64,000 nucleotides of DNA from Octopus sinensis. Lineage: Eukaryota. The notes below the pieces were generated by a model. It was given only the letters and a program-made list of their open reading frames with translations. It was not told the DNA's origin and did no database searches. Below are positions 24,401-35,970 of this stretch, in pieces; positions within the stretch are counted from its first letter, which is position 1; every line of letters begins with the position of its first letter. The translations under genes were made by a program, and so were the position numbers. Location: contig NC_043003.1 of NCBI RefSeq assembly GCF_006345805.1, positions 86,738,001-86,802,000 of the forward strand, given 5' to 3'.

Positions 24401-26439
24401 TAGCAGCCGTTTCCGGCCGCAATGTTGGTATTTGTGCTGCTATCGTTACTGTTAGTATTGTCTCTGCTGCTTGATGCGTGGCACATTCGATAAACATCTA
24501 ATACCGCACCCCCGTTTAAGTAACGTCTGAACAATTGGTTATCATCATTCAGTAATAAAAGCGTTACAGCATAGTTAGTTTCAATGAATATGCAATTCGT
24601 TATACTATCGTATATAACATCAGTAGTACCCTGAAGAGGTAGGTTTTGTGCTTACAAACTTATATAAAATTAGATATTTGTTGACGTGAATTTGAGATCC
24701 TTCCGCTATCAAATATTACTGTGTTTATCACTCCTGTAAAAAATTTAGTTTTATTTACCTTCTCTTAAAGTATAATCTCGCTTTCCTATAGCTGCTCATC
24801 CAGTTGTAACCCTACCGAGTCCCATATGATGGCTGTTGTTAAACACAGTTGTTATACAGCCATTTTCCTTCTCTACACTGGCTATCTTCCTAACACTATA
24901 ACCTAGAGATGAATAGATACTTTTAATTTAGTGTATTTAATGCAGATATTTTTCACTGACCACGGAGCATTTTCTAGTAGTATCCAACTTTTAACTGTTG
25001 CTATTACTAGCCACTCTTTACGTCATACATTGGTTAATGAACCATTTAAATGGTTTACACTATTAATTGACATATACAGCCACACCATAGTAAATATCGC
25101 CTTTCGCATATATTTCCCATTCCATCGAATTGGTGCTTAATCATATTCATCATTTTCATTTCAGATTCATCTTCTCCCTTATACAAATATATTTTTAATA
25201 GTTATATATGTCCTACGTTACCTACATGCTTTGTCTCTTTTCTATCCCAGCTCGATTTCTGCCTGTAGCCATGTCAACAACCTCAGTATCTTTCCTCTTC
25301 AAATAATTCATTAACCCACATATAGATTTTTCTCCAATAATGAATAATTCTTCTCCAGTTTTTAAACAGCAACCTTCCTTTCTGATCAACTGAAAATAAA
25401 AGATTATTGACAAAAGTAATCAAACGAAATAAAAAAAAATATTAAAAATAGAAGTAAAGTCAGTGCATTAAGTCATGTGGAAAATTGAAAATTATTCATG
25501 TTTTAGACATAGGTCTTTTTCAAAATAGAGAATATGAATATGCAGGATGGTAGGAAAAAGAATAAATGTCAGCCTAATGTTTCAAAGATTCGTAGTAGTA
25601 ATGGATGAAGGAAATAAATAGGTTGGAATATGATTTCCTAGTATAGGAATTGCGAATGTAGGAGATAAACAGTGGATAAAATTTTGGATTTTGTCCCTGT
25701 GCATACAAAAAGTAAGAGAATGAAAAGTAAGCAAAACAGATAGTTGTCGTTCGATATGTGTTAGCGTATGGGAAAGGATTATTGAAAGACTTGAACGGCT
25801 TATGTGAACGCTTGTATGTGAATTAGAAGGGCAAAAAACGAGAAAGGAAGGAATTGGATGAGTGAATTATTCAGTTAATTTCTGACAGAAACTTCGCTGA
25901 AGAAAAATTCGGTTGTCATTGATGAAGGTGACTCTAGTGCTTGGATAAGATAAGAACGGAAAGGTAATGGTGGAAAAGGTTCTGATATGTGCGCGCGCGT
26001 TTGTATGGGAGTGGAGTGTACCATTACTTTTTCCTTATGATCTTTATATCATAGCATGACCTACGTTTTAACGAATACGCATTCACTAATAACATGGATT
26101 TGTACATCAATAAATGCTATTTCTTCACATGTATTCAAGAATGCATGGCTGTATGAGTGCATATTTAGGAGGGTGTGTTTTCTTAAATACATTCTTTTAC
26201 TACATACACACTTATGATATATAATGCTGTATTAAGGCAGTGAGATGGCGGAATAGTAACCGCATTACGTTCTGAGCTCAAATGCCGCCTTTCATCATTT
26301 GGGGAAGCACTCCGTCGGTTACGACGATGAGGGTTCCGGTTGATCCGAATCAACGGAACAGCCTGCTCGTGAAATTAACGTATAAGTGGCTGAGCACTCC
26401 ACAGACACGTGCACCTTTAACGTAGTTCTCGGGGATATT

Positions 26440-26660
26440 CAGGCCCCTTGAAATACAGGTATAACAGAAACAGGAAGTAAGAGTGAGAGAAAGTTGTGGT
26501 GAAAGAGTACAGCAGGGATCACCACCATCCCCTGCCGGAGCCTCGTGGAGCTTTTAGGTGTTTTCGCTCAATAAACACTCACAACGCCCGGTCTGGGAAT
26601 CGAAACCGCGATCCTATGACCGCGAGTCCGCTGCCCTAACCACTGGGCCATTGCGCCTCC
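26440..26660 (-). mobile_element. tRNA-derived SINE family C, 5' part
   Basis: Intact A/B-box head GGCGCAATGGCCCAGTGG..GTTTCGATTCC, followed by a body shared with 8160-8220. Confidence 0.85.
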
Positions 26661-26754
26661 TCTTTCATCATTTAGAGATTAATGAAATACGTATCAGCTG
26701 CGCAGTGGGGTCGTTGTAAACAATTTACTTCCTACTCCGAAATTATTGATCTTG

Positions 26755-26960
26755 AGCTGACAGAATCGTTAGTACACCGGGCAAAATACTTAGCGATATT
26801 TCGTCTGTCTTTACGTTGTGAGTTCAAATTCCGCCAAGATTGATTTTGCTTTTCATCCTTTCGAAGTCGATAAAATAGGTATAAGTTGCACATTGGGTTC
26901 GATGTAATCGACTTTCATCTCCCCCGAAATTACTGACTGTGCGCCAAAATTTGAAACCAA
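26755..26960 (+). mobile_element. SINE family A copy
   Basis: gagctgacagaatcgttag..gagttcaaattccgcc..ttttgctttcatcctttcg..gtcgatgtaatcgac. Confidence 0.85.
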
Positions 26961-28151
26961 TATATAATACTGTGTCTCGGTATAATAATATATAAGCCAT
27001 CGGCTAATTACAACCTGTGAAAAGGGCAACATGTCAAACGACTACTCATTTATTATTATCAAAATAAGATAGACAAAGCAACCAAAATATTTACAAATGA
27101 ATATATTAATATGAACCGCGTCAAAAATGATTTCGTCTTTACTCCATCAAATCATCGTAATTTATTGGAAGTAATTCATACCTTGTCACTTATCTTGTAT
27201 TTTACTGATATATGTATATATTGAAATAGGGAAAATGGAGAAAAGTGGCTGTATGAATAATTTATTTGTATGATATAAAGATGTTGAATTTTTTTAAATA
27301 CCAATACAAATAAATTATAGGTTGTAAAGCTAAAAAAAAAATGGGAGATACGAAAAATCTACATATGTGTTTCAGTTCTAGTCCCTAGTTGATATGCAAT
27401 TCTAAGCATTTGGTTATATGCTAAGAATGGTATCATTTTTTAACTATATGAGGCAGAATTTTCTTAATGAGCTAAGGTTAACATTCCTCACGGAAGGATA
27501 CATACAGAATAGTAATAAGTTTAAGTTAGATCCTATATATAATGTAAGTATACCTAGGTTGTGAGTTATAGATGTTAGTGAAGAGGCCATATTATACAAA
27601 ATAAATAAAGTAAATAAAAATAAACAACAAAAGAATTAAAATAACCTAAAATAATAAGGGTAAAGAAAGAAGATAGGAAGGATAAAAATAAAATCAATAA
27701 TGAACAGAAATTAAAGAACAATATACATATATGTAGAATGTATATAGTATAAAATTTAAATAAAAATAAAATATATATTGTATAAAATTTAAATAAAAAG
27801 AAAATATATACATATAGTATAAAATTTTAATTAAAACTTCAAATAAAAAATTTAAATAAAAAAGATAATAATACTTAAATAAACAAGGGAAAAACTTATA
27901 TAAAAAAATAAATGAAGGGTAGGTTAGATGATAAAAATTACAACGGTTATATATAAGAAAATAAATTATTTCTATTGGTTTGGTAATAGATACAGTTCAG
28001 GAAAGCTATAGATGAGCAGCGATCACATCAATATGTGTCATATTTAAAATCAAGCACAGACAAAGTTTGAAAATTGACCGTTATAACATTTATCTTGTAG
28101 TCCTTGCTTATAAACCGTTTTTCATCTATATATAAAAAAAATACATATATA

Positions 28152-28322
28152 GGCGCAGGAGTGGCTGTGTGGTAAGTGGCTTGTTTACCAACCACATGGT
28201 TCCGGGTTCAGTCCCACTGTGTGGCACCTTGGGTAAGTGTCTTCTACTATAGCCTCGGGCCGACCAATGCCTTGTGAGTGGATTTGGTAAACGGAAACTG
28301 AAAGAAGCCCGTCGTATATATG

Positions 28323-28355
<33 letters not shown>

Positions 28356-28573
28356 TTGTGTGTCTGTGTTTGTCCTCCTAGCATTGCTTGACAACCGATG
28401 CTGCTGTGTTTATGTCCCCGTTACTTAGCGGTTCGACAAAAAGAGACCGATAGAATAAGTACTGGCCTTACAAAAGAATATGTCCCGGGATCGAGTTGCT
28501 CGATTAAAGGCGGTGCTCCAGCATGGCCGCAGTCAAGTGACTGAAACAAGTAAAAGAGTAAAGAGTAAGAGTA
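28152..28573 (+). mobile_element. Full-length SINE family B: tRNA head, central domain, internal (TA)/(TG)n, CR1-like 3' tail
   Basis: GGCGCAGGAGTGGCTGTGTGGTAAG..GGTTCAGTCCC head. Ends in ggcggtgctccagcatggccgcagtcaagtgactgaaacaagtaaaagagt. Confidence 0.9.
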
Positions 28574-28851
28574 TAAAAATATATAAAAATGTAAAAAAAA
28601 AAAACACTATTGAAAAGGATGCAAGACGCATTGAAAATTTTAGAAAAAATAAATAACTAAATGAGTGGAAATAGACGAGTGTGTTAAATAATAAGGCACT
28701 AAAAGAGAATGACTCTCTCCAGACACTATAAAAAATACATATTCAAAATAACAATGTACCATTTATACAAGAGTCCCTATATGCAAATGATAACAATCAA
28801 AGGGCGATTACAGCCCGTAATGCACCTGTAATTTCTAGTGATAATATGAGT

Positions 28852-29270
28852 AACTTTTGCGATGGTAGAGTTAAGGAACAACGTAAATTTAATAATTATT
28901 GCAAACGGAAGAATTTAGTATACCAAGCTATAGTTGAAACTGGGGGTAAACACTTTTAATATATAGGGGCAATTCAATCTTATATTAAGGCCCACCTGGT
29001 TAACCATGAATGTTCTTTTTGGAAACTTACTAAACGTTCTTCGACTAGTCTTAGTAAATTCATCTGGAAATTAAAAGACAGTAATATAAGTTTCAAAATC
29101 AGATGGAAGACGATATATTCTGCAAAACCTCACCACCCACCGGATAGAAATTGTCAAATCTGAACATCCGAACGCTATAATATTCTTTTTTCGAGTAAAA
29201 TATTATTAAACAAGAGGGTTGAGTAGCTCTGCTCATGCTTACACTCTCCTAAATACCTATTTTATAAATA
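28852..29270 (+). mobile_element. Naiad-type PLE linker plus GIY-YIG remnant
   Basis: One frame: FCDGRVKEQRKFNNYCKRKNLVYQAIV..*YIG..NHECSF..STSLSKFIWKLKDSNISFKIRWK..AKPH..NCQI*TSE..LLNKRVE*LCSCLH..KYL. Confidence 0.82.
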
Positions 29271-29954
29271 TCATTAATCATTCTCTAATTTTTAATATCG
29301 CTTATATTTAGGTCTTAATTTGAAACTGAATTAATTAGATCCTTATTAGAACCAAAATTTATATCTATGATTTTATATATTATATAAATATATAATAACT
29401 TGCCTAAATATACTTATGTATAACATTTATTTCTAACATATGCATATATTGTTTTTTATTCCAATGAATCATTCAATCTTATTTTATTTCGTAATATATA
29501 TGTATAATATTCCCTTACCTATAAATTTATTGCATGTCCGTTATTTCTTTCTTACTTTTCCACATTAAAGTACATTATGGTATAATTCATATTCGTTTGG
29601 TTATCTTTGAATTTAAATATCATATCCAGTGTGCCTACTAAATAGTTTCAGTATATTTTAGTAATGTATCGACCATAATACACAAATATAGATAATCTGC
29701 TTTTCTTCGTATTACGTAATACGCTATTCCTTCTTACAATTGAATAATTTCCAATTTACATATTTATATAGCTAGTAATCAATAATTACAAACATATTAT
29801 ACTACATTATAACATGTGCCCAAATATATACTTCCTCATAATCTACTAGTTTTTATTTCTTTAATTCTTTGTTAAAACCAAAATATAGAATTGAAAGGAG
29901 AAAAATAGAGTTAAATAAATAACTAGATAGATAGACAGATAGAGAGAGAGATGG

Positions 29955-30410
29955 ACTTTTTTATTGAAAAATATTTATTTTTATAGTAAACAAAGACATA
30001 TCGTTACTACGAAATACAAACACCTGGATAGTTTGAAGCTTTTAGACTAGGTGCGATAGTAGTGACTGTCGTGAGTTTCCTGGTATTAGCTGATCGTTGT
30101 GTGTTGCTGTCGCTTCCGTCCATTATTTTTATGTTGGGGCAGCGCTCTGGTCTACTGTCTGCTGACCGCTGTCTGCTGACCGTTGTCTGCTGCCAGCTGT
30201 CCGCTGTCTCCAGCTGTTCACCTCTAGGTAGTTTCTAAAATGCGCTGAATATATAGTGATGGTCTTGGTCAGAAAAAGTACGCCAAAGATGAAATTATTG
30301 TCAGATCTGGTTGACTTTGGTAATATTTTAGCGAAACTCGATCATAATCTTAAGCTGATTTCTTGCATCGGATATAGCAATGCATGTTCACAGTGGTTGA
30401 CAAGAAGCAC
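29955..30410. repeat. Locally duplicated unique-like segment (copy 1; copy 2 at 31945-32290)
   Basis: Colinear similarity, with an identical core ctctaggtagtttctaaaatgcgctgaatatatagtgatggtcttggtcagaaaaagtacgccaaagatgaaatt. Confidence 0.85.
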
Positions 30411-31022
30411 TTTATGCACTCTTCCTAAGCAGACGGTGTAAAACATATTGAAAGAGAAAATTTACCAGACAATTCTGAAATTCTTCTAAAGAAAATTCTT
30501 TGTTAAAACAAAAATATAGAATTGAAAGGAGAAAAATAGAGTTGAATAAATAACTAGATAGATAAATAGATTTGCATTAAATTACTCTAAATGTCTTTTT
30601 TTATACTATTGTCACGCCTCTGTCTCGTCTTTTTTTTTTAAAGAGTTTGGATGTAGGTATTTCATTCAAATTCTTTCATGTTTTTTCCTTTTTTTTTATT
30701 TCTCCCAATATATATTTATTTCATTTTCATGTTATGAAAATCGCACGTAGACGAATTACATTCTCTTTCTTTCTCTCTTTTCTTCTTTCCTTCTTTCAAC
30801 ATTTTTCAATGTGTTGTTTCCTTGTGCTTCTCAGAAAAACTGTCTTTGAAGCAATCACTAATAGCCATCTGAGGTATTATAGAATTATCTTCAAAGGAAA
30901 GAATATAAATTTTGTCGATCTTATTCCTCATAGACAAACTAATTAGAAGAAAATATAAGTTTATTTACAACTTTCTTCGCTTTCTTTCTGTTTGTCTGTT
31001 TGCCCTCCTCTCTCTCCTCTCT

Positions 31023-31076
<54 letters not shown>

Positions 31077-31944
31077 CACGCACACAGACTCACAATCACA
31101 TTCTCGTTCTACTTCGTTTGTTCTCCTCCCCTTTCCTACTTTAAAACTCCATGTATTTAATTAGTGTTCTACTATTAATTTTCAGATCCCGAATTATAAG
31201 CTATAATGTAAAATATGTTGTTATTTGCAATTTACTTACAGTGCTATGGTACGTTCGGACCACTGATGTCGAGAACTTTATCAACATTTGGCAAGTCTTA
31301 TACTAGAATATCTGGGATCATAAGGAAAAAAAATCTAACAAATTGAAATTGCTCGATGGAATTTTTGCTATAAAACAAAGCCGTTTTAGAAGCTGAAATA
31401 ACAAGAGAGAGGAGTGGAGACGGGATAGAGGGAAGGATGGGGAGAGAGAGGGGGAGGGATAGAGGTGAGGACAGAACGAGAGAAAAATAGGGTGTATTTG
31501 GGTGAAAAAGAGAAAGTGAGAGAAAATATGCCTGCAGGTGAGAAAGAGAGATAGAAAGAAAAGAGAGAGTAACCAAGTCTTGGATGCCTTAATGCATTAA
31601 ACCTCATTATATCAAACTCAAGATTAACTATTCATATCAATCGCTGTTTGATTTACAAATACTGATTATCAAGCAATCTTTCCTAAAGCAGAGAAATTAT
31701 TTCTTGCTTTCCGCCTATTTCAGAAAATTCATTACAGTTCTTTTCACGTGTTTAACTTTTCGAGAAGTCAGATTTTTAACATGAAATGCAAAAAGGGAAC
31801 TTTTATTTGCAGAAATTAGCTGAATGTACTAAAGACGTTGTCTACATTCAGTCAGCAAAGAGAAGCTTTTATCAATCTGGCATTTTCTTCTATGCAAAAG
31901 ATTTTTAACCCAATATCATACGGGCTGGATTTCAGAAATCTGTG

Positions 31945-32290
31945 ATTTTTTTTTATTGAAAAATATTTATATTTGTAGTAAACAGGCAAATTGTTACTAC
32001 GAAATACAAACACCTGGATAGTTTTTCTTGACCTTAACCGATCATTGTATGTTGCTGTCGCCGCCGTCCACTTTTTTTGTGCTGGTGCAGTGCTCTGGTC
32101 TACTCTCTGCTGACCGTTGTCTGCTGCTGACCTCTAGGTAGTTTCTAAAATGCGCTGAATATATAGTGATGGTCTTGGTCAGAAAAAGTACGCCAAAGAT
32201 GAAATTGTTGTAAGATCCAGTTAGATTTTAGCGAATTGCGATCATAGTCTTGAGTTGTTTTTTGCATCGGATATAGCAATGCATGTTTAA
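31945..32290. repeat. Locally duplicated segment, copy 2
   Basis: Matches 29955-30410. Confidence 0.85.
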
Positions 32291-33621
32291 CTTTTCAACA
32301 AATCAGATTTTTAACATGAAATTAGAAAAATAAAAGTGCGTAGTATAATCTTTATATTTTTGTTTGAAGAAATTAGACGAATGTGCTTAAGTCGTTGGTT
32401 ACATTCAATCACCAAATAAATTTTTATCAACCTTCGGCCCATTTTTCCATCCCTTAGATTTTTAACTCAATATATTACATACTGTTTTATCAATAAATTC
32501 ACATGGTGAATCCCCTTTAAAATTATATATACATACACTCCCGCACTCACGCACACACACGTGCAGTCGCACACACACACACACACACACATATATAAGT
32601 ACGTATATGTATATATGCATATGTGTGTGTGTGTATATATATATATATATACAAGATATATATATCTTGTTGTTCGAAAAGAAGGGGGAAAACTCAGTCA
32701 ACTTAGCTAACGCGAATGAGAAAATGCTTTGAAGTAAGCCACTCATCCAGCGCTCCAAATACGTAAATTTACGTATAGCCTAGACATGATTACTTAGTAT
32801 CCACCAGCATGGTCTGACCAGTTTTTCACTGTCAATACTTTCACGAGACTAAATCTACAAGAAACAGGCTTTCAAAAGCATATATGCTTTAAGTATGATA
32901 TATAGATTGCTAATTTGAACTAATAGTGCTTCCGCCTCTAATGACGAATTTTTATTCACCTTGCCGGCTTACTGTAGCATCAGTGAGTTTTCAATCGTTG
33001 TTTAACTATATCAGTTTGCATCCGATTTTCGCTTAGCAAGCGGTGCCAGTAGTTATTTATTTACTACGGATATAGCTCAAATCAAGAAGAAATCTAGATT
33101 TAAAAGTGTCACTGCTGATGTTGGTCGATTTCACCCGTTGTTATAAGAGATTACTTTCTAGAGACGGATACTTCAGTTCGAAAAGCTTTCGACAGTATAT
33201 ATGCTTTAAGTATAAATATATATATCGCTAATTTGAACTAAGACTGCTTAATTAAACTTCTAAATTCAAATAGTAAATAGTTGCAATGTTGTGATATATT
33301 AGAATAGATTTAATTATATACACTCCATGGCCACGAAAAAAATTGTTTACCAGGAGCTCGCATCTGAACCATATATATAACATCCATGCCAGAATATGTA
33401 TTGAATATGGGATTTTTGTCTTTTATTTATATTTTTTTTTTACATGGAACCCGAAATTTCAGCATACCGTAAGGAACGGTTGGGAATCTTCATCATTAAG
33501 TCAACGTAGTTACATTGCTATAAACAGAAATCTAAATAGTTGCACGAAATTAGTTCCCCATGTAACAGCTTTGATATGTCACAGCCGTCATCAGATCTTA
33601 ATTATTGGTTTTAAATTTTAA

Positions 33622-33815
33622 GCACAAGACCAGAATTCTCAGGGAGAGGAGTAAGTCGATTACACTGACCCAGTGCTTAACTGGTACTTATTTTATCGAT
33701 TCGAAAGAACGAAAGCCAAAGTCGATCTTGGCGGAATTTGAACTCAGAACGTAAAGGTGGACGAAATGCCGTTAAGCATTTTGCCCGGTATGCTAATGAT
33801 TCTGCCAGGTCGACG
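33622..33815 (-). mobile_element. SINE family A copy
   Basis: Reverse complement of the family A head and body. Confidence 0.85.
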
Positions 33816-33967
33816 CTTTCCACACTTTAAATATTAACTTCTGCAACAAGCACCATAGAGTAACCGACAAGCATTCAGCGAGTAGTTACCGCGACTCAGT
33901 TTCAATGTTTAGTTGAAGTCACTTCATACAGTCTACTAATGGCCTGTAGACAGATATAATCATCATA

Positions 33968-34200
33968 AGGCGGTGAGCTGGCAGAAACGTTAGCACGCCG
34001 GGCGAAATGCTTAGCGGTATTTCGTCTGCCGTTACGTTGTGAGTTCAAATTCCGCCGAGATCGACTTTGCCTTTCATTCTTTCGGGGTCGATAAATTAAG
34101 TACCAGTTACGCACTGGGGTCGATGTAATCGACTTAATACCTATGTCTGTCTTTGTTTGTCCCCTCTGTGTTTAGCCCCTTGTGAGTAATAAAGAAATAG
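33968..34200 (+). mobile_element. SINE family A, young full copy
   Basis: GGCGGTGAGCTGGCAGAAACGTTAGC..GAGTTCAAATTCCGCC head and ggggtcgatgtaatcgacttaa body. Confidence 0.9.
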
Positions 34201-34394
34201 ATATAATCATCATAACTCCAATGCATTGTGCTACAAGAAATATATAATAGTGATCTCTAGTGAGTCGTTAACGCGAAACGGTTTCAATTCTTATTTGAAG
34301 TCACTTCGCTTCACACAGCTACTATTGTCCTACAGACAGATATAATCGTCAAAACGCCAATCCATTGTGTTACAAGAAGTATATAACATTAGTT

Positions 34395-34577
34395 ACAAGG
34401 TTTGGCACAAGACCAGCAATTTCGGGGGAGGGAATATATCAATTACATCGATCCTAGTTCCCACCTGGTACTTATTTCATCGACCACCAGAAGGATGAAA
34501 GGCAAAGTCGAACTCAGAACGTAAAGACAGATGAAATACCGCTAAGCGTGCTAATGATTCTGTCAGATTGCCACCTA
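34395..34577 (-). mobile_element. SINE family A copy with internal deletions
   Basis: ggcacaagaccagcaatttcgggg..gaaggatgaaaggcaaagtcgaactcagaacgtaaagacag. Confidence 0.8.
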
Positions 34578-35020
34578 CAAGAAGTATGTAGTATTGATTT
34601 TTAACATACGCACAAGGCTTAAAGTTCAGGGATGGGTACAATGGATTGTATCAACCACAGTACATGAGTGGTACTTCATTTATCGTCCCCAGAAAGATGT
34701 AGGTGTAAATTGACTTCAGCGAGAATGGAAATCTAGACGCAAAACTATTTTCATTTCTAGAGTAAATTTTCAATACCTAACTATAAATGACATTGTTGAA
34801 TTAAATAATAAAACAGTCTAATGGAATCTTGGAAGCTCAATAGTTGATATTGATAAAACGACATTAAATAAGATTAGTTAGAATAACAAAGGCAATATTA
34901 TAACTTGTGTTATCTGAATTTTATATGAATTAGATTCAGTCAGAACGTTGGTACGACACAATGAAATAAATATAACGCAAATATTTTCAACTTACACACA
35001 CAAACACACACGCACGCACA

Positions 35021-35059
<39 letters not shown>

Positions 35060-35087
35060 GTACATATATATATACATGCACATATGT

Positions 35088-35126
<39 letters not shown>

Positions 35127-35217
35127 ATACATATATAAATGCACATTTTTACATATATAAGTTTCTGTAGTATATTTTTCCCTGTTTAACACAGTTACCA
35201 TTTAGAACTAGCATTTT

Positions 35218-35289
<72 letters not shown>

Positions 35290-35378
35290 AGAGAGAGACT
35301 TAGAAATAATGATATTTCTATTTTTGAAAACCAGTGGATGGATTCTACTGAAATTAGGTAAATAATCCTTTCGGCCAC

Positions 35379-35619
35379 TCTGCATTAATAAAGGGCAAAT
35401 ACCCTGAAACATGTCTGCAGATGCCTGACCAGCAAGGGGAAGCGGCTGACCTCCCCTGTTCGAAGGTAATAATGGACACAGGTTCGTGTGTCATATAGCT
35501 AGCTTGAGGCGATGGCCTCTTGGAGCTAATCAACGGCAGCTTTCGTCCTGTATTTATGGACTGCCATATTAGCTTGGCGATAACTGTTAATACCCAGTAC
35601 CGCTGCCGTAGTCTCCTTT
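35379..35619 (+). mobile_element. PLE-type terminal repeat: decayed hammerhead followed by a structured GC-rich tail
   Basis: TCTGCA-TTAATAA-AGGG(caaata)CCCT-GAAAC-AT-GTC-TGCAGA, then hairpins gacaca/tgtgtc, gaggc/gcctc and acggcagc/gctgccgt. Confidence 0.6.
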
Positions 35620-35649
35620 AGAGAGACTTAGAAATAATAACATTGATAT

Positions 35650-35970
35650 ATATATATATATTATATATATATATAATATATATTTTAATCCAAAAGGGAA
35701 ACAAAAAAAAACCAACAGGAACAATTACAGTATTATTATTAATAGGCGCTCAGGAGATGGAAGCAGGGAGGTATGACGTTTCGAGCGGAGCTCTTCGTCG
35801 GAAACATAAAGAAGGAAGAGAGAGGAAAGAAAGATCCGAGCGGGCAACAGGAAAGAGAAAAAAGACGACTGGTGTTTACGAGTTGCACATGGTGAAAGGC
35901 GGATGTTGACGATAACAGAGCAAAGTGGTTTTTAAGGCAAAGAGTGGAGAAAGGTTGGTAACCCAACAGA
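35650..35970 (-). mobile_element. PLE-type terminal repeat with hammerhead-like motif (35774-35808, core CCGACGA)
   Basis: Minus strand: CCGACGA-A-GAGC(tcc)GCTC-GAAAC-GTC, with weak stem I. Downstream cctgagcg and the pyrimidine tract resemble the 12845 family. Confidence 0.6.

Noticed and set aside
24625-24720. CTGAAGA-G as a hammerhead start
   Set aside because: No downstream stem II closure with GAAAC and no NUH/stem I partner.
26560-26660. tRNA-like sequence as a real tRNA gene (also heads at 8083, 28152, 33968, 49531)
   Set aside because: No acceptor stem closure, and each runs into a shared SINE body; these are SINE heads.
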